64,000 nt of DNA from Sulfurimonas sp. RIFOXYD12_FULL_33_39. GTDB taxonomy: Bacteria; Campylobacterota; Campylobacteria; Campylobacterales; Sulfurimonadaceae. The translations under genes and the position numbers were made by a program. The first letter of the stretch is position 1; each line of letters opens with the position of its first letter. The notes below the pieces were generated by a model. The model saw only the letters and a program-made list of their open reading frames with translations, made no database searches and was not told the DNA's origin. The stretch lies in NCBI RefSeq assembly GCF_001829785.1, contig NZ_MICF01000010.1; one strand, given 5' to 3'. Positions 49,374-59,642 of the stretch are shown piece after piece.

Positions 49374-50723
49374 CTATATCCCCATCCCGTTTAGCTGATT
49401 TGCCACATACTTAGCGTGGTTATCAGTCATACCGACTATGTAGTCCACCACTCTTTGGTACATGTTATACAAGCTCTGTCCTTTTTGCGGTCTGTCTTCT
49501 CCCATAAGTTCTAAAGCACGTTTATATCTAAAAGGCAACTTTTCTTCACTCTCTTTTTTATAAAAGTCGTAAGTTGCATGGATAAGATTGTCAAGAAGCG
49601 TCTCTATGATATTGTAAGCTCCAAGTTCAAGTTCTATCTTTCTTTTTTCGTTAAATATCTTTTTGCTAGCAAGGCTTTTTGCCTCTTTTATCGCGCTTTT
49701 ATACTCTTCGTTCGTAAAAAGTTCTATTAAATCTTTTGGCTGATCATCACTTATAATCGCATCAAAATTATCTTCAAAAACTCCCATTGTATGAACGGCT
49801 AAGTTGTGAATAGAGATAGCAACAAGTCTTGAAACTTTTTTAATATCAGAATAGCCATTATCTCCGTATATCGTCTCAACTTCTTTCTCGCCGCAGATAA
49901 GTGTAAAGATGTTTTTCGTATCTTTTAGCATTATGATTTTAAGCTCAACCGCATCTTGCAAATCAAGCAGTCCGTAACAGATATCGTCAGCGGCTTCCAT
50001 CAGATATGAGAGCGGATGTCTTTTGTATGAGCCGTCTATTTTTACAAGTCCAAGCTCCAAAAACAGAGTTTTGAAAAACTCAGCTTCACTTTGAAAAAAG
50101 TTAAATTTTGATTTGCCTAAATGTTCACACCTGCTTGATGGATGAGGGTACTTTACCAAAGCTCCCAGAGTTGCAAAAGTAAGTCTCATTCCTCCGCAAA
50201 ATAGGTTATTTTCTATCTGACTTACTATCCTAAAGCTCTGTGCGTTTCCGTCAATATGGATAAAATCTTCAAGCTCATCGGATGAAAGCTCTTTTAAAAA
50301 ATTTTTATCTTTATTGCTCTCAAACCACTCTTTTATGACCTCTTCTCCTGCGTGTCCAAAAGGCGGATTTCCGATGTCGTGAGCCAAACAAGCAGTCTGA
50401 ATGATATATGCCACGTCATAAGGGTCTATCTTTATCTCAGGGTATTTTTTACTCAAAAACTCCCCTGCTCTAAGCCCCAGACTTCGCCCAACGCTTGCCA
50501 CTTCTAAGCTGTGCGTAAGTCTGTTATGTACATGGTCGTTTTTTGAGAGCGGATGAACCTGCGTCTTTTTTGAGAGTCTTCTAAAAGAGTTGGAAAATAT
50601 AACTCTATCATAGTCTTTGTGAAAACTGCTTCGGTAATACTTCTGTTCATCATCCTCTTTTATATCTTTAGTACCGTAATATCTTTGATTTGAGAGTAGC
50701 TTTTTAAACATCATCATTTCCAC
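49374..50723 (-). CDS. dgt: dGTP triphosphohydrolase-like HD-domain protein
   Basis: 449 aa with HD motifs (HNRLTHSLEV, AHDIGNPPFGHAGE) and the C-terminal DYIVGMTDNHA. Confidence 0.88.
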   Translation of the reverse strand: MEMMMFKKLLSNQRYYGTKDIKEDDEQKYYRSSFHKDYDRVIFSNSFRRLSKKTQVHPLSKNDHVHNRLTHSLEVASVGRSLGLRAGEFLSKKYPEIKIDPYDVAYIIQTACLAHDIGNPPFGHAGEEVIKEWFESNKDKNFLKELSSDELEDFIHIDGNAQSFRIVSQIENNLFCGGMRLTFATLGALVKYPHPSSRCEHLGKSKFNFFQSEAEFFKTLFLELGLVKIDGSYKRHPLSYLMEAADDICYGLLDLQDAVELKIIMLKDTKNIFTLICGEKEVETIYGDNGYSDIKKVSRLVAISIHNLAVHTMGVFEDNFDAIISDDQPKDLIELFTNEEYKSAIKEAKSLASKKIFNEKRKIELELGAYNIIETLLDNLIHATYDFYKKESEEKLPFRYKRALELMGEDRPQKGQSLYNMYQRVVDYIVGMTDNHAKYVANQLNGMGI

Positions 50724-50828
50724 ATGTAAAAGTTTTGTACTGTTATAACATATTTTCTATAATAGAGCTATATAAACATCTCAACTTTTTTTAGATAAAC
50801 TACTTCTAAACGACAAAAGGATTTTTAC

Positions 50829-51383
50829 ATGTCAGCACCGCTTATAGTTCTTATAGTTATCGTTCTTATACTTATTTTAATGTACAACTCTCTTGTAGCA
50901 AAGAAAAATCAGGTTGAAAATATTTTTGCAAGTGTAGATAGCGTTTTGAAAAAACGCTACGACCTCATCCCAAATCTTGTCGCATCGGTTAGCAAATATA
51001 TGGAGCATGAAAAATCACTCCTGCAAGAGGTTACGAAACTTCGTTCAGATGCAAACAGACCAAATATCAGCGACAGTGAAAAAATAGCTCTTGATGCAAA
51101 AGTAACCTCTGCGTTAGGCTCTATTATGGTAGCCGTCGAGAACTATCCGGAACTAAAAGCAAATGAGAATGTAATGCATCTTCAACATACACTGCATGAA
51201 GTTGAAGAGCAGATTTCAGCCTCAAGACGAGCATACAATCAAGCCGTAACCGACTACAACAACGCCATAGAGATGATTCCTACAAATTTTATGGCTTCGC
51301 TTATGAGCTACAATGCAAAAGAGGTTTTTAAGCTTGTGGATAGTGAGAGAAAAAATGTAAACGTCAAAGAGCTTTTTAATTAG
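50829..51383 (+). CDS. lemA: LemA family protein
   Basis: 184 aa with an N-terminal TM helix and a LemA pattern (YNSLV...VE...YPELKANE...R..YN..V..YN). Confidence 0.88.
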   Translation: MSAPLIVLIVIVLILILMYNSLVAKKNQVENIFASVDSVLKKRYDLIPNLVASVSKYMEHEKSLLQEVTKLRSDANRPNISDSEKIALDAKVTSALGSIMVAVENYPELKANENVMHLQHTLHEVEEQISASRRAYNQAVTDYNNAIEMIPTNFMASLMSYNAKEVFKLVDSERKNVNVKELFN

Positions 51384-51394
51384 GCAATGTTTAG

Positions 51395-52336
51395 ATGAAA
51401 AGCGTTAGTGAACTTACAGATTTTTACTATAAAAATCTATTTCCTACACTTCAAAAACTTGAAAAAGAGAGAGAACAGCTTAAACATAGAATCATTTTAG
51501 TCGCTGTTTTATTTACAACCGTTACCCTTTTTATTGCTCTTGTGCTAAAGAACTACTATGAATTTATACTATTTGCATATATAGCCATAGGTACAATAAT
51601 TTATAAAATTTTAGTTCATGATTACACTCATAAGTTTAAAACAAGTATTATAAAGCCTCTTATACATGTTATTGATAACACATTAGAGTACTCTTTGGAT
51701 TTACATGTAAGCGAGTCACTTTTTGAACACTCAAAACTATTTTCTAAGCCTGACAAACTTAGCGGAAACGACTATGTAAAAGGGAGTATTGACGGGGTAA
51801 ATATTGAGTTTTCAGATATTCATGCACAAAAAAGAGAAAAAAATTCCAAAGGGCAAGATAGCTGGAGCACTATTTTTAAAGGGCTTTTTATAGCAGCAGA
51901 GTTCAATAAGCACTTTTACGGACAAACCGTAATTCTTCCCGACACCGCACAAAATACATTTGGAGACATTATAGGTCACTGGCTTCAGTCAAATAACGGA
52001 ATAAGAGACGAACTTGTAAAAATGGATGATGTCGAATTTGAAAAAGAGTTTGTTGTTTACTCTACCGATCAGATAGAAGCAAGATACATACTCTCGCACT
52101 CACTGATGAAAAGAGTACTGTTATTTAAACAAAAATCAAAACACCCTATACATGTCTCTTTTGTAGGAACTCATATTTACATGGCAATAGAGTACGAAAA
52201 AGACCTCTTTGAGCCGTCTGTTTTTCGTTCACTTTTAGAGTATAAAATTGCTATGGAGTATGTACAGACTCTGCATTTAGCCATCGGCATAGTAGAAGAG
52301 TTAAAATTAAATCAAAAATTATGGAGCAAAAGATGA
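51395..52336 (+). CDS. membrane protein, possibly DUF3137-type (LemA-associated)
   Basis: 313 aa with two TM helices after an N-terminal helix, immediately downstream of lemA. The family call is from memory of the typical neighbourhood. Confidence 0.45.
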   Translation: MKSVSELTDFYYKNLFPTLQKLEKEREQLKHRIILVAVLFTTVTLFIALVLKNYYEFILFAYIAIGTIIYKILVHDYTHKFKTSIIKPLIHVIDNTLEYSLDLHVSESLFEHSKLFSKPDKLSGNDYVKGSIDGVNIEFSDIHAQKREKNSKGQDSWSTIFKGLFIAAEFNKHFYGQTVILPDTAQNTFGDIIGHWLQSNNGIRDELVKMDDVEFEKEFVVYSTDQIEARYILSHSLMKRVLLFKQKSKHPIHVSFVGTHIYMAIEYEKDLFEPSVFRSLLEYKIAMEYVQTLHLAIGIVEELKLNQKLWSKR

Positions 52337-53112
52337 ATGAGAAAGATATATTACTGCAAAGCGTAAAAGATTTTCTAACTCCAAAGATGCTCAAGTATGC
52401 CCTACTCCCTTTTATTATCAGTCTGGTTGTCATGTACATTCTATTTTTTGTTATAGCAGGTTATGGGGTCGAGCAATTAGGTACTCTAAACGTTGAAAGT
52501 TCTCAGACAAGCATCCAAAACGGTATTCCTCATACGGAGAGCTTTACCGCGCAGCTTGAAGGTTCTTCTATTATGAAGTTTTTAATGAGCTATACCGTTA
52601 CATCTTGGCTGGCAACCTTTTTTATCTACGCTATAGGCGGTTTTTTAACGATATATCTCTCTATTTTTGTAGCGGTAATCATTATAGGATTTTTAACTCC
52701 GCTTATCTTAAGAGAGCTTCAGACAAGACACTACAAAAATGTCGAGATGAAAAGTCACGGCGGTGTCGTTTACTCTATTTTTTTACTCTTAAAATCAACT
52801 CTCGTTATGCTTTTGCTTTTTATACTATTCATACCGTTTTACCTTATTCCGCTTGTAAATATAGTAGCTTTCAATATTCCGCTTTACTACTTTTTTCATA
52901 AGATGCTTATTTTTGATATCTCTTCAACTATCTGCACAAAAGATGAAGGCAAACAGATAAGCTACTTAAATGCAAACAATTTAAGAATAAAAACACTAGC
53001 TTTGTATCTGCTCTCTTTACTCCCGTTTGCCATATTTTTTGGAGCTGTTTTTTTTGTGATATATCTTGGACATACCTATTTTTTAGAAACTAAGAAAATA
53101 AGAGGGGTTTAA
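52321..53112 (+). CDS. EI24/CysZ-like polytopic membrane protein
   Basis: 263 aa with 5-6 TM helices. Tentative family assignment. Confidence 0.45.
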   Translation: MEQKMNEKDILLQSVKDFLTPKMLKYALLPFIISLVVMYILFFVIAGYGVEQLGTLNVESSQTSIQNGIPHTESFTAQLEGSSIMKFLMSYTVTSWLATFFIYAIGGFLTIYLSIFVAVIIIGFLTPLILRELQTRHYKNVEMKSHGGVVYSIFLLLKSTLVMLLLFILFIPFYLIPLVNIVAFNIPLYYFFHKMLIFDISSTICTKDEGKQISYLNANNLRIKTLALYLLSLLPFAIFFGAVFFVIYLGHTYFLETKKIRGV

Positions 53113-53115
53113 TCT

Positions 53116-53364
53116 TTAAACCTCTTCAAAAAAAACAGATATATGTACTTCCAGAATTTTTGCTATTTTATAAAGATGCTCTACATTAAAATGCTTTTTA
53201 TTTGTAAAAAGTTCTGCAGCGGATACAAGACTAACGGATTTATTACCCATCTCTAAAGAGAGTTCTAATTGTGTGAGCCCTTTTAATTCACGATACTTTT
53301 TTACATTTTGTCCAACTATTTTGTGAGCTTTATCTATTTCCTCTTGTAAAAATTCAAATTGCAT
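53116..53364 (-). CDS. XRE-family HTH transcriptional regulator
   Basis: HTH region LKGLTQLELSLEMG. The track starts at GTG 53379, and ATG 53364 is the more likely start. Confidence 0.75.
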   Translation of the reverse strand: MQFEFLQEEIDKAHKIVGQNVKKYRELKGLTQLELSLEMGNKSVSLVSAAELFTNKKHFNVEHLYKIAKILEVHISVFFEEV

Positions 53365-53366
53365 AC

Positions 53367-53661
53367 TTATAAAACCCACTATAGTAATTTTTTGTAATGA
53401 AGTTTAGTTACAATAGCATCATTTAACAACCCTCTATAGTAGTTTTATATAATATATTATAATAAAACTTCAAAAAAATTAAGTTGTCAATCCTCAATTT
53501 AGTTCATATTATTAACATAGTTAATAATATAAAATATTTACAATCGTTACAAAACATCACAATTTATTTTTAAATTTCCTGTTTTTTATTATATGTGCTC
53601 ATTTTTGTATTTTATTTAGATAACATCAATTTCATAAAAACTACTATAGTGGGTTTTATAA
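53367..53661. repeat. 20-bp perfect inverted repeat pair (53367-53386 / 53642-53661) bracketing the XRE-MCP intergenic region
   Basis: ttataaaacccactatagta and its exact reverse complement tactatagtgggttttataa. A third related copy (ccctctatagtagtttt) lies at 53430-53446. Confidence 0.9.
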
Positions 53662-53692
53662 TATTAATTTTTTATGACTGAAAAGGAAAATC

Positions 53693-54781
53693 ATGTCAAT
53701 CTTTTATAAAAAAAAATCACCTCTAGTACAAAAACTTGAAACAGAATTAGAAACATTACAAAATGATTATGAAAAGCTACAAGAAGAACACATAGCAATA
53801 AAAGAACAAATAAAAAAACTTACAAATACCGAACAAGAGAATAAGCTTAAAAAAGAGCTTACTCATAACTTATCTCAAGGCTGTATGAAAAATATTGAAG
53901 TTATTCAAAAAGGCATACAAAATAATATTTCATTTTTAGAAGAAATTGGAAAATTAACTAATAATAATGAATTTTTTATGTTAAATATAAGAGAAAATGC
54001 AAATTCAATTTTCAATACAGATGTAATAATTCAAATGGCAAACGACCTTAGAGCAACTGCCGAAAATTTAAATTATAGTGTTATAGCAATATCTGAGGTA
54101 ATTAATCTAATAAAAGATATCTCTAGTCAAACGAATCTTCTAGCATTAAATGCCGCTATTGAAGCAGCACGTGCAGGTGAACATGGACGAGGGTTTGCAG
54201 TAGTTGCCGATGAAGTTCGTAAACTGGCTGAAAGAACACAAAATGCAACAGCAGAAGTAGAAATAAATATTAAGACTTTAAAACAAAATGCTTATACAAT
54301 GCATACTGATAGTGAAAAGTTGGAGAATGAAGCTTTAGAATCTTCCAAAAATCTTGATAATTTTAAGATAGAAATTGATGATCTTCTTGAGAATACAAAA
54401 GTTATTAAAAAAGACAATCAACATGTACAATATGAGCTTTTTATAAATCTTGCAAAATTAGATCATGTACTATTTAAAGTCAATGCTTATTATGCGGTAT
54501 TTAATGAAAAAGATATAACTTTGACTAATCATAATAGTTGTAGATTTGGAAAATGGAAACAAAATGATGGGAAAGCTCTTTTTGGAAATACAAAATCATT
54601 TTCTAAAATAGACACCCCGCACTCAATCGTACATAATAATGCTATAGCCGCCGTAGAGTGTGTAAAAAACGGGAATTGCTTAACAGATATAAAAGAAGTA
54701 ATTAATTATTTTAAAAAAGCCGAAGATGCAAGTAAAGAACTTTTTGAGATACTTGAAAATATGCTTTATGAAATAAAATAA
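53693..54781 (+). CDS. soluble methyl-accepting chemotaxis protein with C-terminal CZB zinc-binding domain (TlpD-like)
   Basis: 362 aa with no TM helix, the MCP signalling hairpin ([37 protein letters not shown]) and CZB motifs ([22 protein letters not shown]). Confidence 0.85.
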   Translation: MSIFYKKKSPLVQKLETELETLQNDYEKLQEEHIAIKEQIKKLTNTEQENKLKKELTHNLSQGCMKNIEVIQKGIQNNISFLEEIGKLTNNNEFFMLNIRENANSIFNTDVIIQMANDLRATAENLNYSVIAISEVINLIKDISSQTNLLALNAAIEAARAGEHGRGFAVVADEVRKLAERTQNATAEVEINIKTLKQNAYTMHTDSEKLENEALESSKNLDNFKIEIDDLLENTKVIKKDNQHVQYELFINLAKLDHVLFKVNAYYAVFNEKDITLTNHNSCRFGKWKQNDGKALFGNTKSFSKIDTPHSIVHNNAIAAVECVKNGNCLTDIKEVINYFKKAEDASKELFEILENMLYEIK

Positions 54782-54789
54782 AAAATGAA

Positions 54790-57186
54790 ATGAAACTAAA
54801 TATCAAATCCAAATTATTTTTTTTAACTTTTGTTCCCGTCTTGATTATTATTGTTTTTTCTATAAGCAGAATAACATATGAATATAATGTGAAACAAAAT
54901 TTAGCAGAAACAAAACAGCAGATAACTCAAGCAAATCTTATCTCAAATATTGTGCATTGCATGCAGATAGAAAGAGGTCTGAGTACGGGATTTGTCGCTA
55001 ATAATAAAAATAGAAACAGTGCACTTACTTCTGCCAGGAAAGATTTAGACAAGGCTATAAAAGATAATAATTATCTGCAAAATAGCAAAGGCTTAAATCT
55101 TATAAACAGCATTAATAAAACAAGAGAATCAATTGATAAATATGAACTCTCAGCATTTGAAGTGAGAACATATTACACGCAACAAATAATAACTCTTCTT
55201 GATTTTATCAAAATGTTACCAACAATTATGGAATACAAGGAAGACAGAAATTATATACAAGCTTATAGTTACCTATCATCGGCTAAGGAACAACTAGGAC
55301 AGATAAGAGCAATTTTGTATGAAGTATTTGTTACTAAAACTCTCTCACAAGAAAATTTTATACAAATTAAAGAGTCTTTAAATATTTATAATGCAGCTAT
55401 AAATAGATTTAAAAAAACATTGAATAAACACATTGAATTTCTAGATTTTTATAACAATAGTCTAAAAAATAAAGTTGTAGAAGATACTTTTAATGTTATA
55501 TCTTTTACTTTAGAAAACAATAGCAATAAAGAATTTAATATTAATCCTATACATTGGTTTGATATAGCGACAAACAGTATAAATATATTTAAAAATATAG
55601 AACAGAGACTCTTTTCAAATTTAAACGACTCTATCAATAAAAAGATAGATGCGGCAAATAAAAGAATCAGTTTTATTCTCTTTGCTCTACTACTTTTGTT
55701 TGGATTTCTTATTTATTTTATGCATACAACTATCAATAAGATTTTATCCTCTGCTCACATGTTTAACGAAGAGTTTGAAAACTCGCTTCTACTGCTAGAA
55801 CAGTATAAAGCAACCGTTGATGAGAGCTTTATCGTCTCAAAAACAGATGCGAAAGGAGTTATACGCTACGCAAATGATGCATTTTGTAAAATCAGCGGCT
55901 ATACGAAAGAAGAACTTATAGGCAAAGCGCATAATATTATTCGCCACCCGGATATGCCAAAAGAGGCTTTTTATGATATGTGGCATACAATCAAAGACCT
56001 TAAGAAACCTTGGGTTGGAGATGTGAAAAATTGCTCTAAAAATGGTACTACTTACTGGATGAAAGTTTTTATAAACCCTATAATTGATAAGAACGGTGAT
56101 GTGCTTGAGTATATTGCTATTAGAACAGATATAACCGATTTACAAGAAGAAAAAGAGCGTATTAGAAATACCCTTGGAATCACTACTGCAGATTTTGCGG
56201 AAGCACGTCATTTGGCAAAAGAATATGAGCATGCAATTGATGAGACATGGAGCGTCATTAGAACCGATACAAATAATATTATCACTCATATTAATGAAAC
56301 ATTTGCAAAACTTAGCGGATATGTAAAAGAGGAACTAGTAGGTAAAAACTGTATTGAACTTAGACAAAAAAAGCATTCAGACAAAAAAGATTGTGAAAAT
56401 ATACAAAACAAGTTAGCTTCTAAAGAGATAGTTCATATACAGTTTGAAAATCTAACTAAGGATAAAAAACCATATTATTTAGATACAACTATTGTTCCCA
56501 TACTTGATGATAAAGGAAATGTAATAGAGTATTTCCATCTTATGAGCGATATTACCGAACTGATGTTGATGCATCTTGAAATAGAAAAAACTCAACAAGA
56601 GATAATATACCGTATGGGAGAGATAAGTGAATCTCGAAGTAAAGAGACGGGAAATCATATCAATCGCGTTGCAAACTATTCAAGATTGCTTGCTATTAAA
56701 GCAGGATTTGATGAAAAAGAAGCAAATATGATAGCAAAAGCTTCCCCCATGCATGATATTGGAAAAGTAGCTATTCCTGATGCTATATTATTAAAGCCCG
56801 GTCCTTTAAATGAAAAAGAATGGGAAATAATGCAATCTCATTGCGATATAGGATATAAAGTACTAAGTGGCTCACAGAGACCTCTTTTAAATGCTGCAGC
56901 GATTATTGCGAAAGAACATCATGAAAAATATGACGGAAACGGTTACCCAAATAATAAAGCAGGAGAAGATATACATGTATATGCACGAATTGTCGCTATA
57001 GCAGATGTCTTTGATGCTCTTGGAAGTGATAGAGTTTATAAAAAAGCTTGGGAATTTAAAAAAATATTAGACTTCATTAAAGAGCAAAAAGGCAAACATT
57101 TTGATCCTATACTCGTAGAACTTTTTTTGGAAAATGTTGACGATTTTTTAGAAATTCGAGATAAATATAGGGATGTTCTAGAATAA
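54790..57186 (+). CDS. NIT-TM-PAS-PAS-HD-GYP c-di-GMP phosphodiesterase
   Basis: 798 aa with a NIT-like sensor (VHCMQIERGLSTGF), two PAS domains and an HD-GYP core (HDIGKV..., HHEKYDGNGYP). Confidence 0.85.
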   Translation: MKLNIKSKLFFLTFVPVLIIIVFSISRITYEYNVKQNLAETKQQITQANLISNIVHCMQIERGLSTGFVANNKNRNSALTSARKDLDKAIKDNNYLQNSKGLNLINSINKTRESIDKYELSAFEVRTYYTQQIITLLDFIKMLPTIMEYKEDRNYIQAYSYLSSAKEQLGQIRAILYEVFVTKTLSQENFIQIKESLNIYNAAINRFKKTLNKHIEFLDFYNNSLKNKVVEDTFNVISFTLENNSNKEFNINPIHWFDIATNSINIFKNIEQRLFSNLNDSINKKIDAANKRISFILFALLLLFGFLIYFMHTTINKILSSAHMFNEEFENSLLLLEQYKATVDESFIVSKTDAKGVIRYANDAFCKISGYTKEELIGKAHNIIRHPDMPKEAFYDMWHTIKDLKKPWVGDVKNCSKNGTTYWMKVFINPIIDKNGDVLEYIAIRTDITDLQEEKERIRNTLGITTADFAEARHLAKEYEHAIDETWSVIRTDTNNIITHINETFAKLSGYVKEELVGKNCIELRQKKHSDKKDCENIQNKLASKEIVHIQFENLTKDKKPYYLDTTIVPILDDKGNVIEYFHLMSDITELMLMHLEIEKTQQEIIYRMGEISESRSKETGNHINRVANYSRLLAIKAGFDEKEANMIAKASPMHDIGKVAIPDAILLKPGPLNEKEWEIMQSHCDIGYKVLSGSQRPLLNAAAIIAKEHHEKYDGNGYPNNKAGEDIHVYARIVAIADVFDALGSDRVYKKAWEFKKILDFIKEQKGKHFDPILVELFLENVDDFLEIRDKYRDVLE

Positions 57187-57293
57187 CTACTCTAATTTTC
57201 TAAGAAATAATTATTTAAGTTAATTTTCAATACACTCTTTTCAAAACTCAAACAATTTATATAAACTATAAGAAAAGTTGATTGGAAAAATTT

Positions 57294-59126
57294 ATGTCAG
57301 ATATATATAAGCTTAAAAGATTAAATTTTATTATACTTGGCTTAATCGTAATTCTTTTTTTAATTGGAATAACAAAACTGCTCCAAGTAAATTTTAGCAG
57401 TGAACATTATACAAAACTAATAAATATCGCTGGAAAACAAAGAGCACTTTCCCAAAAAGTTATTTTTGAAGTAAAGAATCACCACTGTTCACAAAATCAA
57501 GATGCATACGAAAAATTAAGAATAGTCGCAAAAGAGTATTTTGACAACAACAAAGAACTTATAAATTTTATTAGAATTTATAAGCTTGACCTTGAATCTA
57601 ATATATCTCAAAATGCGAATATAAAAGAGTTTATAAAAAATATTAATTCTTATATACAAAATTTTAATGAAAAATCGTATCAAGATATAATAAATAATAG
57701 AGACGATATTTTTAATGAATTGAACAATTTTGTAGAAAATTGCGAATCTGTATATCATGAAAAATATTTAAACTCTCTAAAAATAATAAGTCTTATAGGA
57801 TTCGTAACTACGTTGCTTATTGTAGTTTATTATATATCTATTTTTAAAAAATCACTAAATTATCTAAATAAATACTTAAGGTTAATTAACCTAGAAAAAG
57901 ACAATATAAAAAATATTTTCAACTCTTTAGAGTCCATAATATTTGAAAAAAACAAAGACGGAACATACCTTTTTACAAACAACGCATTTTATAAAATGTT
58001 TCAAGAAAACATAGTAGGTAAAAAAGATACTCAGATATTTGATGAAAAAACAACTGTAAAACTTGCAAATGATGATTTGATTGTAATAAACGAGCAAAAG
58101 CCGACAAGCAGAGAGATAGAACTACATGTAGATGGTAAAAAAAGAATCTTTTCAATAAAAAAATTTCCACTGATAGATGAAAACGGGGATATTAAAATTT
58201 GCGGTATCGCTCTTGATATAACAAAAGAAAAAGAGTTTCAGTATAAAAAAGATGAGTTAAACGAGATGGTTGATAATCATATAATCGTTTCATACACCGA
58301 CCGTAAAGGAATTATTACCGATATCAGCAAAGCATTTTGCCGTTTATGCGGTTATGAAAAATATGAACTGGTAGGGCAAGACCATAATATTCTCGGTGCG
58401 CACGAGCAGGAAGCTTTACTTAAAGAGCTATGGGAGTGTATAGAAAGAAATAATATTTGGCACGGTGAATTTGAAAACAGAAAAAAAGACGGTACTATCT
58501 TTTACATTGAAAGCTCTATCATGCCTCACTATAGTTTTGAGAAAAAAAAGCTGGGCTATATGATGCTTGCAAAAGATATAACCGACAAAAAATTAATAGA
58601 AAAATTAAGCATTACAGATTCTCTAACAGATTTATATAACAGACGGTTTTTTGATGAAGTTTTTGAGAAAAAGGTCTCCATTGGCATAAGAGAAAAAGGC
58701 AAAGTATGTCTATTTATGTGTGATATAGACAACTTTAAAAGCTATAACGACACTTATGGACATCAGATGGGAGATATGGTTTTAAAAGAGATATCAAAAA
58801 GTCTAAAGGGACACTTTTGCAGGGCAGGCGATTTTGTTTGCAGAATAGGAGGAGAAGAGTTTGCGGTAATACTTACGATTTTAGGGAGTGAACAACTTGA
58901 TACTTTTGCAAATCAAATTATTAAAAAGGTAGAAGCACTCTCTATAGAACATATAGGTAATGAGCCTTTTAATGTTGTTACGATATCCGCTAGCATCGTA
59001 GTTGTAGATTTTGACAAAACAACTAAAATATTTAGTGTCGATGATATTTACAAGATGGCTGATGATAAACTTTACTACTCAAAACGAAACGGAAAAAACA
59101 TACTCTCTTCTCTTCATATTCCCTAA
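57294..59126 (+). CDS. PilJ/NarX-like sensor-PAS-PAS-GGDEF diguanylate cyclase
   Basis: The track starts at TTG 57282, and ATG 57294 is the likely start. It has an N-terminal INIAGKQRALSQK motif, two PAS domains, GGEEF and an RxxD I-site (RAGD). Confidence 0.85.
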   Translation: MSDIYKLKRLNFIILGLIVILFLIGITKLLQVNFSSEHYTKLINIAGKQRALSQKVIFEVKNHHCSQNQDAYEKLRIVAKEYFDNNKELINFIRIYKLDLESNISQNANIKEFIKNINSYIQNFNEKSYQDIINNRDDIFNELNNFVENCESVYHEKYLNSLKIISLIGFVTTLLIVVYYISIFKKSLNYLNKYLRLINLEKDNIKNIFNSLESIIFEKNKDGTYLFTNNAFYKMFQENIVGKKDTQIFDEKTTVKLANDDLIVINEQKPTSREIELHVDGKKRIFSIKKFPLIDENGDIKICGIALDITKEKEFQYKKDELNEMVDNHIIVSYTDRKGIITDISKAFCRLCGYEKYELVGQDHNILGAHEQEALLKELWECIERNNIWHGEFENRKKDGTIFYIESSIMPHYSFEKKKLGYMMLAKDITDKKLIEKLSITDSLTDLYNRRFFDEVFEKKVSIGIREKGKVCLFMCDIDNFKSYNDTYGHQMGDMVLKEISKSLKGHFCRAGDFVCRIGGEEFAVILTILGSEQLDTFANQIIKKVEALSIEHIGNEPFNVVTISASIVVVDFDKTTKIFSVDDIYKMADDKLYYSKRNGKNILSSLHIP

Positions 59127-59539
59127 AAACTAATCTCTAAGTCACTAATCATACTATTTATCAAAGGTGTAAAAAGATTCTCTTTTACATCTCCTTTGAA
59201 ATCTCTATAACTTGAATGTACTTTTGAATTTTTATAAAACAGAGTAATTGAAACTAGCCCGTCGTAACTGTAATCAGAGGAAGTTTTTGAGAGCGGATTT
59301 GTACATGTCTTTTTATAATCTCGATATTCAACTCTTAAGATGTAGTCTGATTTTTCAATTTTAAAACCTTTTTTTATAAGAAAATTTTTTGAAGCTTTAA
59401 GTGAAAACTCATCACTTGCTATAATCTCTATATTTCTAATTTTTGCACCGATTTGACTTTTGTCATGTACTTGATTATAAATTTTTCCATCACATGCAGC
59501 AAAGAAAAATAAGAGAATTATAAGGAAGATTTTTTTCAT
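59123..59539 (-). CDS. hypothetical lipoprotein
   Basis: 138 aa with a lipobox (FFAAC). Confidence 0.55.
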   Translation of the reverse strand: MKKIFLIILLFFFAACDGKIYNQVHDKSQIGAKIRNIEIIASDEFSLKASKNFLIKKGFKIEKSDYILRVEYRDYKKTCTNPLSKTSSDYSYDGLVSITLFYKNSKVHSSYRDFKGDVKENLFTPLINSMISDLEISF

Positions 59540-59642
59540 ACTATAGTCTTTGCGGTTTTTTTTATGATTTTAACAAAATGTATCACAATTACAAGAGTTT
59601 TTATCTCTTAGTCGCTACAATTTAGCAAAAAAGGATATTTGC

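Noticed and set aside
49374-50723. The dGTPase-like HD protein as a nucleotide-depletion anti-phage gene.
   Set aside because: Defensive dGTPases exist. This copy, however, sits between an adhesin gene and lemA with no defence neighbours and looks like the housekeeping Dgt-like gene. There is no sequence feature here to distinguish the two.
50829-53112. The LemA, 2-TM protein and EI24-like membrane protein cluster as a possible novel module.
   Set aside because: The composition is like the core genome, the genes look like a commonly conserved membrane-protein neighbourhood, and I see no enzymatic or sensor domains suggesting a system.
59540-59547. Another ACTATAGT octamer abutting the start of the lipoprotein gene.
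   Set aside because: A single 8-mer occurrence is within chance expectation for AT-rich DNA (a few per window), and it lacks the flanking CCC...TTTT context of the three XRE-region copies.
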